Notes: generated by a model not told the origin, from the letters alone. Shown: positions 50,222-62,351, numbered from the stretch's first letter. The stretch: DNA of 64,000 nt from Camelus ferus (GCF_009834535.1 NC_045697.1:44828001-44892000), one strand, 5' to 3'. A program made the numbers and translations.

Positions 50222-50640
50222 TGTCAGGCAAGATGATGGAGACATCCCTCACACTGCAATAAAGGAGAATTTTGCTTAGTCATTCCGCTCGAGCAATTGT
50301 CCCACCCCTTTGGGACACCTGGTTGTAATTTGAGGGAGCCACCACTAAATGTCGCTGTAGGTCACATAACTGGTCATAAGTGGTCAGGAGTACTCTGTGT
50401 CCGCCTCCAAGCCTCAGAACTACCAGTTGGCTCCTTACAGGTTTAGAAGTACACACTTTAAATACCTGAATGCAAACATCAGAAACAAGGGGATGGGAAT
50501 TAACTATGATTTTAAAAGGAGAATGGTGATAGCTTCCAAACTCTTCCATTTGCCTGTTCCCTCAAAGGGTGTTTCTGCATATCTAGTTACTGCTGTAAAC
50601 TGGGCAAACTGGTATTTAGAGGAATACCCAGTTGAGCAAT
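50222..50640 (-). mobile_element. Possible ERVL LTR (LTR41-like)
   Basis: tgtcaggcaagatgatggagacatccctcacactgcaataaaggagaattt and gagccaccactaaatgtcgctg resemble the recalled LTR41 end. The right boundary is a guess. Confidence 0.4.
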
Positions 50641-50784
50641 TGCTAGACTGTTTGGTCTACACCTTCATGATTCTTCCCCCTCAATAGAAAGAGATTAAGC
50701 TGCAGAAGGGAAATATGGGACTCTTTGTTTCCTGGTTCTTGCTTCTGTTGTATCTCCAAGCTTATCTGGAATTCTAGATACTTA

Positions 50785-50942
50785 GTGTACTTCATTGATT
50801 TTATGGAAATATGCGCATATTTTCATATTTTAATGTTTCTGAAATTGTGATGCTTCATGGAATCAATGGCAACATATGATTAGTAGCACTTTTTCTTTTT
50901 TAGTGATGTCTTATAATCAATGATGTCTTTGATGCGATACGG
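50785..50942. mobile_element. MER104-like TcMar-Tc2 DNA transposon
   Basis: gtgtacttcattgattttatg...ttttcatattttaatgtttctgaaattg...tcttataatcaatgatgtctttgatgcgatacgg, flanked by TA on both sides. Confidence 0.75.
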
Positions 50943-51067
50943 TATTGTATCTGATACGGTATATCCATCTTAATTTATCGGTGGTCAGTACCGTGTTAAA
51001 AGTTGTTTGACGGATAAACTTCCTTTTCCAGTGTAATTTTTTAAGGAGCTCAGACTGGAAGAGAAAG

Positions 51068-51295
51068 CAATATTTGTTGAATGTCCACTGGTGTCTGAGC
51101 TATGGGCCATGCATATATGATTGTGTTTAATCCTTTTCATGCTATGAAGTGGGTTTTTGTTTCCATCTTACAGGAGACAAAACTGAGGCCCAGAAAGTTC
51201 AGTCATTTGTACAAAGTCATACTGCTAGTATGAGTCACTGCTGAAAACTGTGTGTTTATGTATTTTGATCACAAACCCGACACTTTCTGTACCAT
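51068..51295 (-). mobile_element. MIR SINE
   Basis: ccatcttacaggagacaaaactgaggcccagaaagttcagtcatttgtacaaagtcatactgctagta. Confidence 0.8.
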
Positions 51296-52724
51296 ATTAT
51301 ATTGATATTTCAGGGTACACCACTTCTCTTTAACACCAGGTTTTTCTGACTTAGCCCAGAGAACTTAGCCCTCTTTCTGACAGCCTTTAAAAATGTTGAA
51401 TTGAACAATGTAGAAGTGGTTTCTCTGAATTCCAGCCTCAATCTTTGTGATTAAAAGGATGGAGTGAGACTTGCTGCAGCTGAGATGTGAGTGGCTTCTC
51501 TGTGGGATGTGGGCTCTGGGAGTAAACAGGGCTGGGTAAGTGCTGCCTGGGACCCACCCAGCACAGCTCATGCGGGGCCTTTGGATTCCCGTAGTCTTAT
51601 GGAAGACCTTTCTAGGAAATAGTTTTCAAAATGCCTTGAATTAAAAAAATATATATATATTTTTCCTCCAAGTCTCTAACTTACAGAAAGCCAGTGTATC
51701 AGTTTCAGAACATAGTTCTAATCAGAGCCCACAGGGTCCTGGAGACCCAGGCACGATGCAGTTCGTAGGAAGGATTTAGTCCGTTTCCCTTAACTTTCCA
51801 AGGGGCAAAGCTGAGAAATAAGAGCAAATTCCTTTCACACACCTTTGCTTTGAGAGCCCCTCCCCCTGTACGCAGAGGGGCCCCCCCTGGGAGTCAGGAA
51901 GGACCAGAGGGTGGAAGGCAGTTTACATCATATCATCATTGTGTTTGCACAGGCCCAAGAGAGCTGAATCTTCCGTTCTCAGCAACTCTCAGAAATTGCT
52001 GAAATACATCCCATTCTACTTCCCCACCTCCTGTTCTGAAGGGCATTTGTTGTTTACAGGCTGCACTTATATTTTCCAATTCCAATCCTTTTTGTTTCAA
52101 GTTCTCATTTGTAAATCTAAAAGCAAAGCATTACCAATCTGTCAGAGGTTCTGTTCCATTCATTTGTCTAGAGATTTATCATACAAATATTCCTTTGATA
52201 TCTACAACTTGGGGTCTTATGATGATACGATAATCTGTGGTTCCTCTTTGCAGTGATTCCTCAAATAGAGGGCATATGATTATAACATATACAGGACATA
52301 AGAGACAAAAATTCAAGGTCACTAAGAGATGAGTTGATTACAGTTTCTTAAAGTTCCCTTGGCTTAAGGAAAGTACTATTTGCTGAAGCAATTTTGAAAT
52401 TATGCATTTAACTTTCCACTTCTTAAGGGAGGTAATGACTTTATATTATGTTTCCTGAGTGAAAACCATTGGATAAAGCCTGTCTGTACCTCTTCAGAGC
52501 CATCCATCCATTTCGTAGTGATTTGCTCTTGGAAGGAAGGCCAAATGACAAGCATGAGGCTTTTCATTTTATCTAAAATTCTTGAACCTTCCAATGTGAA
52601 ACACATGAGAGTTACATGGGTATATGTGGTAACATACAAGAATAGAAGTCACCCAGTATCTTCCCAAATACTAAGATCAGGGGGCATCTTGCAATCCTCA
52701 TTTTATGTGATTTCTTGACTGCAT

Positions 52725-54131
52725 TTCACTCACTTATTTAATTATTCACCTCTTCAATTATTTGACAAATATTTATTGACCAGTAGCTATGATACCATAT
52801 GCTGTTAATAAGACATAGTCCCTGCTTTTGGGAAACTAATATTCTGTGAGGGCAAGTAGACAGTTAAAGTGTGCTGTGGCAGCCACTCAGACAGGGTTTA
52901 GAATGGGATGAGGAGGGAGCACATAAAGGAGGTTCTAGTCCTGATTTGGGAGATCAGGAAGAGTTCCTTTGAGGAAGTGCTGTTCTGTGACAACATTCTG
53001 GCTCTTCCACTCCTCTGCTTTTTCTTAATTTCCTTAGCTGATTCTTCTTTCTTTTCATCCTAGTAAGTATCAGTGCTCCTGAAGGGTTTGTCCCAACCCC
53101 TTATTTCTTATACATTTTCCTAGGTACTTAAAATCATAACCATGGCTTCAGCTACCCTCTACACAGTTGGTGCTTAAGTATATCTTAAACTCGCCTTAGA
53201 CTATTAAATTAGTGACTCATTCATTATTCTATCAAACATTCATTGACTGTCTACCTCATACCAGACCGTGCCCAGAGTAACAGAGATGAGTGAAGTTGAC
53301 TTCTTTAGTACTTGCTGAGTTTTCAGTCTCACCAGCAAGAATTATGTCACAAAACTATAAAATATGTGAGAATTAAAAACTTTAGCAACACAGGAAGAGA
53401 AACCATTAACTGCTCTTGGTGGTGTCGGAAATCCTTGCAGAGGGAAGTAGGAATTGGCTAGGTGATTCAGGAGAAGGGACTTCAGGCAGAGGGAATATAA
53501 TAGTATGTGCAAGGACTTGGAGGTCTCCTTGACTTACCCAGATAGCAATCAAGTGTTTATGTGCCTAGATTATAGGATGTGTAGTGGAAAGAATCTAGCC
53601 TTGATGGTACAAATTGTAATCAGGTTGTCAGTAGATACCATGCTCAGAAACAGGGACATTTTCTTTCAGGCATTAGAGAGCAAGGAAAGATCTCTTAACT
53701 GTCAACTTACAGAATCAAATTCTGCAATATCAGGCGGTAATGTAGAGGCTGGAATGGTGGCAGAGAGATCTAGTGGGAAGCTAAATAAGAGGTGACAAGG
53801 ATCTGAACTAAGACAGTGGCAGAAAAGAAAATTTTATGACTTGAGAGTTTTCTGTAGTCACATCTGTAAGATGTGATAGGGAGGGAGCAGATAAGAATCA
53901 AAAAAGACACTGGAATTTGTGGTTGAAAGAGGGAATAGATGGTCTCACTGTTAACCAAGATATGAACAATTGGAGGCAGGTATGCAGTGGGGGAATACAG
54001 CTGTGGACAAGTCAAGTTGTCAACGCTTGTGCAACATTCCAGTGGAGATGTTTAATAGGCAATTGGAAATAATGAATTTGAAGCTTGGGAGGGGAGTCAG
54101 GGATGAATATACACATTGTGAATGAACATCA
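52725..54131 (-). mobile_element. Cluster of L2 fragments, mostly antisense; the last resumes at about 54691-54735 after the U6/L1 insertion
   Basis: tttgacaaatatttattgac, tcattcattattctatcaaacattcattgac, aagaatcaaaaaagacac...gatggtctcactgttaaccaagata, cattccagtggagatgtttaataggcaattgga; continuation gcataatatagattgtagttgaagccat. Confidence 0.75.
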
Positions 54132-54239
54132 ATGCTCATTTTGGCAGCACATATACTAAAATTGAAATGACACAGAGAAGATTAGCATGGCCCCTGTGCA
54201 AGGATGACACACACGTTCGTGAAGTGTTCCATATTTTTT
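54132..54239 (+). pseudogene. RNU6: Full-length U6 snRNA retropseudogene (5' part of a U6/L1 chimera)
   Basis: atgctcattttggcagcacatatactaaaattgaaatgacacagagaagattagcatggcccctgtgcaaggatgacacacacgttcgtgaagtgttccatatttttt is colinear with U6. About 12 substitutions by eye, half at CpGs. ACAGAGA box intact. No PSE/TATA promoter recognised upstream. Confidence 0.97.
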
Positions 54240-54690
54240 AAAGAATGAAATAATGCCATTTATAGCAAATGAATAGACCTAGAGATTATCATATTAAGTG
54301 AAGAAAGTCAGACAGCTAAAGGCAAATATCATATAATGTCACTGACATGTGGAATCTTGAAAAAATGACACAAACGAACTCATTTACAAAACAGAGACTC
54401 ACAGACATAGAAAACAAATTTATGGTTACCAGAGGGGAAAGGGGGGAGGGATAAATTGAGAGTTTGGGATTAACAGACACAAACTACTATATACAGAATA
54501 GATAAACTACAAGAGCCTACTGTATAGCACAGGGAAGTATATTCAATAGCTTGTAATAACCTATAATGGAAAGGAATATGAAAAGGAATATATATGTGTG
54601 TATAACTGAATCACTATGCTGTACACCAGAAACTAACAAAACATTGTAAATCAACTGTCAATAAAAAATTTTTAGAAAGTCAAAAAAAAA
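54240..54690 (+). mobile_element. LINE-1 3' end fused directly behind U6
   Basis: aaagaatgaaataatgccatttatagc...gactcacagacatagaaaacaaatttatggttacc...ctgaatcactatgctgtacaccagaaactaac plus an A-rich tail. Confidence 0.95.
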
Positions 54691-56195
54691 GAGAGCATAA
54701 TATAGATTGTAGTTGAAGCCATAGAAGTGATGGATTATGTTCATATTCAACAAATTTTTTAAAAAGTCTATTATGTACCAGCCATTGTGAATATGAGTTT
54801 GTGTAAATTGTGAATTCACATTGTGAATAGGAGTGTGAGTCTGGCATGGCCTCTGATTCCAGAGTTCCCTGGGGCAAGGGACATAATCAAATAAGTGCAA
54901 TATAATGTGAAAAAGGCTATTATGGAAATATGTACAAGGTACAGAAGTAACACAAAGGAAGAGATCACACAGAGAGGATGGAAGACACAGAAGAGAAGAA
55001 AACCAGAGTCAGAACTCAGTAGCACTTCTTCAAAGAACACGAGAAGCTTCACAGATTTGCTTGTTATTTCTTCAAGGCACATGTCATATCTCATTCATCA
55101 AGAGATCATCCCAGCAGAACCCGACCTAATGCCTGCAACATAAGTGCTCAGTAATGTTTGTTGAATAAATGGGCCCAGGGCAGTTGGAAAGAAATGAAAA
55201 AAAAGAAAAAAAAAAAAAGCATGGGGTTTCCCCAAGCCCTGGGGAACACTTTAATCATCTCTTATTATCCTTTCACATGGAGAGCTTGTGCAGGTGGAAC
55301 TCAAAATAAACGCTCTGAAGAAATGAAGATGCAGTAATGTAAAACTGGGCTAAGGGCCGCATCTGTCAGCGCTCTAATTATGAAATGTGCTTACGGCAAG
55401 CTAGATCTTTTATTTTTATTTCTGGCGTGCAGGAAAATTGTGTAGCCATCGACTTCCTGTCAGACCATCACTTGGAGGGCCTGAGATAATGCCACATCAC
55501 CATTCATTGATTAACGACACTGCTGGGCTCTTAAACAGGAACCCATCACACTGAGCCTTGCAACCTCCATTCTTGTTGTGCGTCCATTTAAATGATTTGT
55601 AATAGCCAGTAATTATGAAAATGTCTTTCCTTCTTGACCTTCTCCCCCCCGCCCCCAATTTACAGGTTAGTATTTCATCAGTTTGGATTACAAATTAACA
55701 TACTGGTGGGGTGTTTTGTTTTTTTTTAAGATGGATCTGTTTAGGCATATATGAATAAACAGAATTACTATGAAAAAGAAAATGAGAAAGACACCGTCAG
55801 AAAGCCTTATGATAAAAGATATTCCTACCACTTTAGCAATAAGAATCCCTCCAAAGGTTGAGCACCTCAACTTCATTGCCCAAGGCTGGTTGGCAGTTTC
55901 ATTACCATCTTACCTGAGAAGTCTGAAGGAGAGACTCATCCTCCAGCACCTATAGCTAGGCTTGACGCTTAACGGTACTTCGTAACCACCTACCCCCTCC
56001 ACCCAAATAACTACATACGGTATAATGTTTTTCATTGTTTTATCTGACTGATGTGTAGTTTTCCCAAGCTAATTTTTTTTTTTTTCCTGATCGTATCCTC
56101 TCTCTTGCTGCTGGAAAGATTATGCTTTCCTAGAAAATGAGCTATAAAGGCTCCTGGAATGTTTTCTCAATTACTCAGACCTGCAAGCATAGCTC

Positions 56196-56238
56196 TGTGT
56201 GTGTGTGTGTGTGCGCGCGCACGCGTGTGTGTGTGTGT
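56196..56238. repeat. Compound (TG)n(CG)n(TG)n alternating purine-pyrimidine tract
   Basis: tgtgtgtgtgtgtgtgtgcgcgcgcacgcgtgtgtgtgtgtgt, with uninterrupted R/Y alternation. Confidence 0.95.
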
Positions 56239-56599
56239 TGAAAGTGATCATTGACATCACTTTTCTTTCCTCTCAGGTACTGCATAGTATTCACAGTATA
56301 AGTCATTATCCATCCAGTTTAACCAGGAGTGTGAAAAGGTGACAGCATACAGTCACCTGGAGGAGTGTGAGGGAGGTCATGCAAGGGAGGAGAAGGCCAG
56401 TCCCTAATCTCTGCCCCCACCCACATGCTCTTCTAGAGCCCAGGCTTCCAGTAACCTTGGAGCTTTCCCCTTGCTTTCTCATGCACCATTATGGGCTTCA
56501 GGGGCACAGATACATCCTGTAAATAGGCATTTGTGAAGTCTGTAGGGTGAATGCGGCTGGAGACAGAGCTGGAGACAAAGTCCAGAATTCTCTGAAATA

Positions 56600-56770
56600 G
56601 TAATAATAACTGCCATTTTTTTGAGCACACGTCCTCTTAAATTCTCACATAATACTCTAAGGTAAATGGCCTGGTTCCCATTTTATACATAAGGGATTGC
56701 GGTTCAGAGAATTTAAGAGATGAGCCCTAATCACATAATGTGGGCAGAGCCGGGGTTGGAGCCCATGCCC
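56600..56770 (-). mobile_element. MIR SINE
   Basis: cccattttatacataagggattgcggttcagaga...ggcagagccggggttggagccca. Confidence 0.75.
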
Positions 56771-58117
56771 TTTCCATTAAGCTTCCCTGCTCCCAGGAGG
56801 AATAGGGGCACCTTTGGCAAAGCCAAGCTTTTCTGTGAGCATCTTTTAGAAGAAGGGCATCACGTTGCTAAGAGATATTCAATCACCATGGCTTTCTTCT
56901 CTGTGCTTTTGAAGGCAGATGGTGATGATTGCAGGGTGGAGGTGGGAATGGAGAGGAAGGTGACAAGGAGGATGAGACTTCAGATCCTGGGGGCAGCCAG
57001 GAGTCAGCGTAAGATGTGAATTCTCTCCTGTTCACTTCGAACATGCATATGAGGAGTCAGGAGCTGAGAGTAAGTTTAGTAACAGCACTTCTCGCTACAT
57101 CAAGGAAATGCATAGCCTTAGGGATAAAGGAGAATCAGGATAATTAATTTGGAGAAAAATCCCTACTTTCTAAGACTTATGACCATGGTGGGTTATGCTA
57201 GTCATTTGGAAGGGTCTGCTTCTCAGCTCCTCAAGGGAATAACTCAGTTCCGGCATGTCTACCGCCCTGCGCAGTGTGAGCAAAATGCTGTTTCCTCCTG
57301 TGAACTATTTTCTTTATTCCTCATTGCTTTCTTCAGCTTTACTTTGTGCCAGACCTGAAAGTCTGGAGCTGTCAGCTCTAGTCCAGCCCCTGCAGAGCCC
57401 AGTGGCAGGGTTCCAATTCCTGACGGTGGTGTGTGTGAAGACAGTTCTGCGTGCAGGGTGATATTTATGGCTTTGTCAGCTGTTGGCACCATAGAAATGG
57501 GCTTAAGATGGCCAAAGGAGCTTTAGTGGATGATGAATGTTTGTTTAGCATGATGATCTAGGGAGCTGAGTTACAGGACAGCCTCTCAGCAGCAGGTCCA
57601 TCCTGGTCCAGAACGTTCCCTAAGAGAAGAAAGTCCTGGTTCAGCAGTTAGTCCAGGATCAAATGTGACCAAAGATGATGAACATTTGCCTTGGAGCTGC
57701 TGTTTACTCTAGAAGGTCCTCTGTCTGCCATGGCTTCGTGTGTGGTAGGCATCTTCTTGTCCTCTTCCCTGACCCATCCTAAGACTGGGTGATTGAAGGG
57801 GCTATGTCTTTGTTTCCACTCTGCTCTGACTCCATGGCTCAGAGTCACCTGATCAGCACCCTGACCTTAGTGTTAATATTTATTTCTGAAGAGTAAGACA
57901 GAGCTACATAAATCAAAGTACCAGTACTGTTAACCATATACAAAGTGTTTTAAAGTACATAATTTTCATTTCATCCTTAAAACCTTCCAGGTGGTGAGGA
58001 AAAGTTTACTGTGCTCTTCTGAAGACAAAAGCCAATGATTTAATCAATGTTACAAGAATAATAATCAGTGGAATCAGGACTAGAGCCAGGTGTTTCTGAT
58101 TCCTAGAGCTGTACCCT

Positions 58118-58349
58118 GAGGTAGACCAGCTATAGCTTGCAGGCCAACTCTGGCCACTGTCTGTTTTTGTATGGCCTGCAAGCTAAGAGTAGTTTACACA
58201 TTTTTAAATAGTGGGGGAAAGACAAAAGAAGAATAAAATTTCATGACATAAAATTATATGTAATTCAAATTTCAGTGTCTATAAAATAAAATATAAGCCT
58301 AAAATATTTTTCATATGTCCCTTTTTAGAAAAAGTTTGTCCAACCACTG
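58118..58349. mobile_element. MER58B-like hAT DNA transposon, internally deleted
   Basis: ctgtttttgtatggcctgcaagctaagag...aaaattatatgtaattcaaatttcagtgtctataaa...agcctaaaatattt...agaaaaagtttgtccaaccactg. Confidence 0.8.
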
Positions 58350-58387
58350 TCACAGATGATCAGTAGAGACCCCTGGTACATTCTCTC

Positions 58388-58847
58388 TGCATCAGTTTGC
58401 TAAGGCTGCCGTAAAAAGGACCATGAACCGGGGGGCTGAAAACAACAGAAATTTATTGTTTCACAGTTCTGGAGGCTAGGCCCAAATCAAGGCGTCAGCA
58501 GAGCCATGCTCTGCCTGAGACTCTGAGTAGACTCCTTCCTTGCCTCTTCCTAGCTTCTGGTGTTGGTCCGCGATCCTTGGTGTTCCTTTGTTTGCCTCTG
58601 CATCCATCCAGTCTGCCTCCGTCATCACATGGCTGTCCTCTCCTCATCATCCCTCTGTGTGTATCTGTGTCCAGGTTTCTCCATTTTTATAAGGACACCA
58701 GAGTTACTGGACTAGGACTCACCGTACTGACTTCATCTTCACTGGGTCATCTTCAAAGACCCTATTTCCAAACAAGGTCACATTTACAGGTACAAGGGGT
58801 CAGGACATAGACACCTCTTTGGGGAGGACACAGTACAGCTCATAACA
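58388..58847 (-). mobile_element. MaLR solo LTR (MLT1B/C-like)
   Basis: tgcatcagtttgctaaggctgccgtaa...aacaacagaaatttattgtttcacagttctggaggctagg...aagaccctatttccaaacaaggtcacatt...cagctcataaca. Confidence 0.9.
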
Positions 58848-60324
58848 CATTTCCTGCTGCAGAGTGTTAGCCCCACATTATTATCATTCTTCTATCATCA
58901 TTCTTCCTTCTTTCCCTGCCCCCACCCTGTGCCCCCTTCCCTGCTTCTCCCTCTCTCCACCCTCTTGCTTTCCTTACCTCATTCACTATACATTCAACAA
59001 ACATTTCTGAAGTTCCTACTGTGTCCTCATTCCTGTGCCCCTCACTGTGCTAACGTGTAGTGGCCGAAAATGCTTAAGAATTGGCTTCTGGCCTCAACGA
59101 GCTTACAGTGCAACGCAGAAGATAACCACCTGTGGTTAAGTTCCATCAGAGGGGTTTGTGTAAGGTACACTAGAGATTTGGAGGCATCTTAAGGTTCTAA
59201 ATTATCACATAGTGAGTAATCTTTCATAATAATTGATGTGGTCTTATTTAAGTACCACAGTAATTAACTCAAAAAGTACAGATGCGAATATACATTGAAT
59301 TGTAGTGCAAAGTCTCCTCATTGTTCTTTTGAAGTCAAAATGTACAGAAATCTTCTGCCCTTCGTATTTGCCTTAGTTCCTTCAATCTCTCTTCCCTTAG
59401 CACTTATGTCAGATGAGGATTCTCTGCTCTGGAAAGAACAGTGGGATGACCCTGAGGAGGGGCCTCTGGCCTTGTTATATTAAGTTGATGGCTTTTAGGG
59501 AGCCTTGGTCTGCAGCTTTGTGGGGTGGAGCTGGACAGCACTCAGGGCCTTTTGTCTCAGTATGTTGCATTTTGTTGTGTTTTCTTTGAAGCTCTTTGTT
59601 GCTCTGCTCTCTCCTCCTGGCACTAATTGGTTACATTCAGATACCTTCGTGGAGTGCATGAAATGTGTTCTGACAGCTTCTCCTCCCCCTGCCCCAGAGC
59701 TCAGTGTCCCCCTGGTCTTGCAGGATCCTCCTGGGTCTGGGGTGTGAGGGCGCAGCAAGGGAGGAGGTTCGTCCTTCTGCAGGGGTGCAGGTGGGGACCG
59801 CATCCTCAGGTCCTATTGTTTTATCTCTGTGCAGCTTGTAAACCATTGAGTTCCTCGTGGTCCCTGCAGATTCAGAGCTTCCTACTGGTTGTCAGCCCCA
59901 AAGATGCTAACCTGGTGGAAGCATGGAAGACCCACTCCCTGTAGGAGCAGGGAACTGGTACTAAAAAGTAACACCTCTTCTCCTCTTCTCTTTAAAACAG
60001 AGCTCTAAAAGTAACACATATTCTCTTCCTAGGGTTCAGAGTTGCTGCTGACCTTAACTTGGTATCTGTACTTTGTATGTATTTCTCAGTCTCTGTTCTC
60101 CGTAGCCCTTATAAGGGAGGTTTTTTGGTCTCTTTGCTAAAATTCACTATGCATGCAAAGGCTCTTCAGCTTTTGCAAATGGTGCTGAGTAAGAAGAAAT
60201 TAATATTTATTTAACAATAGTCTGCTCTGTTAATTTTAAGTGGATTTCATATTGCACCCTGATGCTCCCAGAGTACAGTTCTCACAGCACAGTCTACCCC
60301 AGAAATACTTCTGAAGGCCAGTGA

Positions 60325-60520
60325 CGAGCTGTGGTTTGAGCACTTACTAGTGAAGAAAATTTGGGCAAATCACTTAACCTCTCTGTTTTCTTAGTGTCCT
60401 AGAGTTGAGCGTAGGACTACTTCATAGGGTTGTTTTGAAGTTCAACTGAAACAACGTGCGTCAAGGAGCTTTAGAAATTGGAAGTTTCATGTAAATGTCG
60501 GGAGGTATTATCACTATTGT
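60325..60520 (+). mobile_element. MIR SINE
   Basis: cacttactag...ttgggcaaatcacttaacctctctg...ctacttcatagggttgttttgaag. Confidence 0.75.
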
Positions 60521-60629
60521 CCTAATTAAAACTGGGCTATGGAAATTCCAGGCAGAGATACCGTTTCTTCTTGTGTGATGTCCTAAAAGGCATGATTATC
60601 ATTGCTATTAATTTGCTTTGGGTATTTCT

Positions 60630-60819
60630 TACTGGTTCTCAAGGTATGGTTACCAGACCAGGAGCATCAACCTTACCCGGGAATGTGTTAGAAATGCAAA
60701 TTCTTGGGTCACACCTCAGACCGCCTGAATCAGAGCCTCTGGGGGTGGGGCTCAGCCATCTGTGCTTTGACAAGACCTCCAGGTGATTCTTCTGCCACTA
60801 ATGTTTGTGACCGACTAGC
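60630..60819. mobile_element. MER5A hAT DNA transposon
   Basis: tggttctcaaggtatggt...tgttagaaatgcaaattcttgggtcacacctcagacc...ctgaatcagagcctctgggggtggggctcagc...ctccaggtgattct. Confidence 0.9.
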
Positions 60820-62349
60820 TTAGAGATGTGCCCAACCGGGTGTGTGTAGGCTCTGATATTCTTTACCTGGCTTTTCTTTCAGACATGGAAGGGATTCTGA
60901 AAGACAAAAATGTGTGCATCTAAAAGTGAGTTGTCCTTGTCAGTTGACCTCCCAGAACGTGCCTGCCAGCTGGGTGTGCCATTTTCAGCATTGAAGTAGA
61001 TCCTAGGAGTACAGGTCCTTAAAGCATCACCTTGGTTAAACCCACTCTTGTTGGAGATATGCTGGGGGTCCAGAGAGGTGCCCCCTACTTAAGTGGGATA
61101 ATGACTTAAGTGAATGAGATGACTGGTAAGCTATTCAGTGAAATTCAGTAGAGTTGCACTGAGCTTGATTCCTTTTCTGGCCAACCTTAAACTTCAGGTA
61201 CCTCCTTCCCTCTAATGGTCTTTAGTCTTCCTCTCATGAACCCCCACCTCTGATGTGCTCTGACAGGTCTTAGAAACAGCCAGGTGCCCCACTGCACACT
61301 GTGTACTTGCCCTTCATGTCCCTGGATGGCACCTACGCCATGGCTGTCATGATGGATAGGTGGACAGTAGTTGCTTGAGTAAAATGAAAAACAGAGCTCT
61401 AAAGGTAATTAAGATGGAAGAGGGAAAGTGGTGGGAAAAAAATTAGGGAAATCATGGTACTCTTGGGATGATCCACAGGGCAGAGGCACATGATAGGTGT
61501 TCAATAAGTATGTATGGAATGAATGAATCAGGAAGGAATTGTGTGTTTGGGGAGCTAACCTGCCTACTTAACTTACGAGCATCTGTCTCATTACAAATGA
61601 ACAGACATTATGCCTTGATTGAGTGAACTATTAGATATGTTTAGTTTTAAACGCAGTCATAAATAGATTTGATCTTTCCGTGGTTCGAATTCCCTCCCAT
61701 CAGCTTTCCCTTAATTATCCACAAGTGTTCCAAACCTTCATTAGCTAAATAGGATGCAGATGATGGTCATTAGTCTGGGATATAAATCCTGCTGGCATAT
61801 TCAATGGCTTTTCACTTGGTTAATTGAAATTTTCAGTATTCATGGACTACAAGAAAACACTGTAATTTTATCATTTATTCAGGGGTATAATTTTTTCCTT
61901 TAGCTGGTTGTGTTTTATAATTATGCAGTTTAAAAAAATAAATATGAATGCCACACTTTGCCTGGAGGGGAGACCACTGTTGTTAGCGCACATGTGTCAA
62001 TACTGGTCTGGGAAAGCATGAAAACCAAATGGGAAGTCACACTTTGTCTAGAAATCATAAAACTGGCCAACTAAAATGTCTAAGAAACCATCTAAGTAGT
62101 ATGTGTACTTTGGGGACCCATCGATTTAAGTGTTTAAGAGACTTCCAAATTGTTACTAATATGAGTAGATCTGGTCTTGACATCTACCAATGAATAAGAA
62201 CTCATTCAGTTATCTGTGGGGTGCAAACTGCAGGCATCAAACGGAGATGCTTTATGCAGGCATCAATCCTTTAAATGGTTCTTTGCTTTCAACTGCATTT
62301 GACAATTTATCAAAACTAGCCAGCCTCTGGTGATACCTGATTGAGAGTG

Positions 62350-62351
<2 letters not shown>

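Noticed and set aside
54132..54239. Functional U6 gene
   Set aside because: About 12 substitutions including the 5' stem, no recognisable upstream PSE/TATA, and fusion to L1.
57528..57570. ATGATGA...CTGA pair resembling a C/D box snoRNA
   Set aside because: Only about 40 nt long with no terminal stem.
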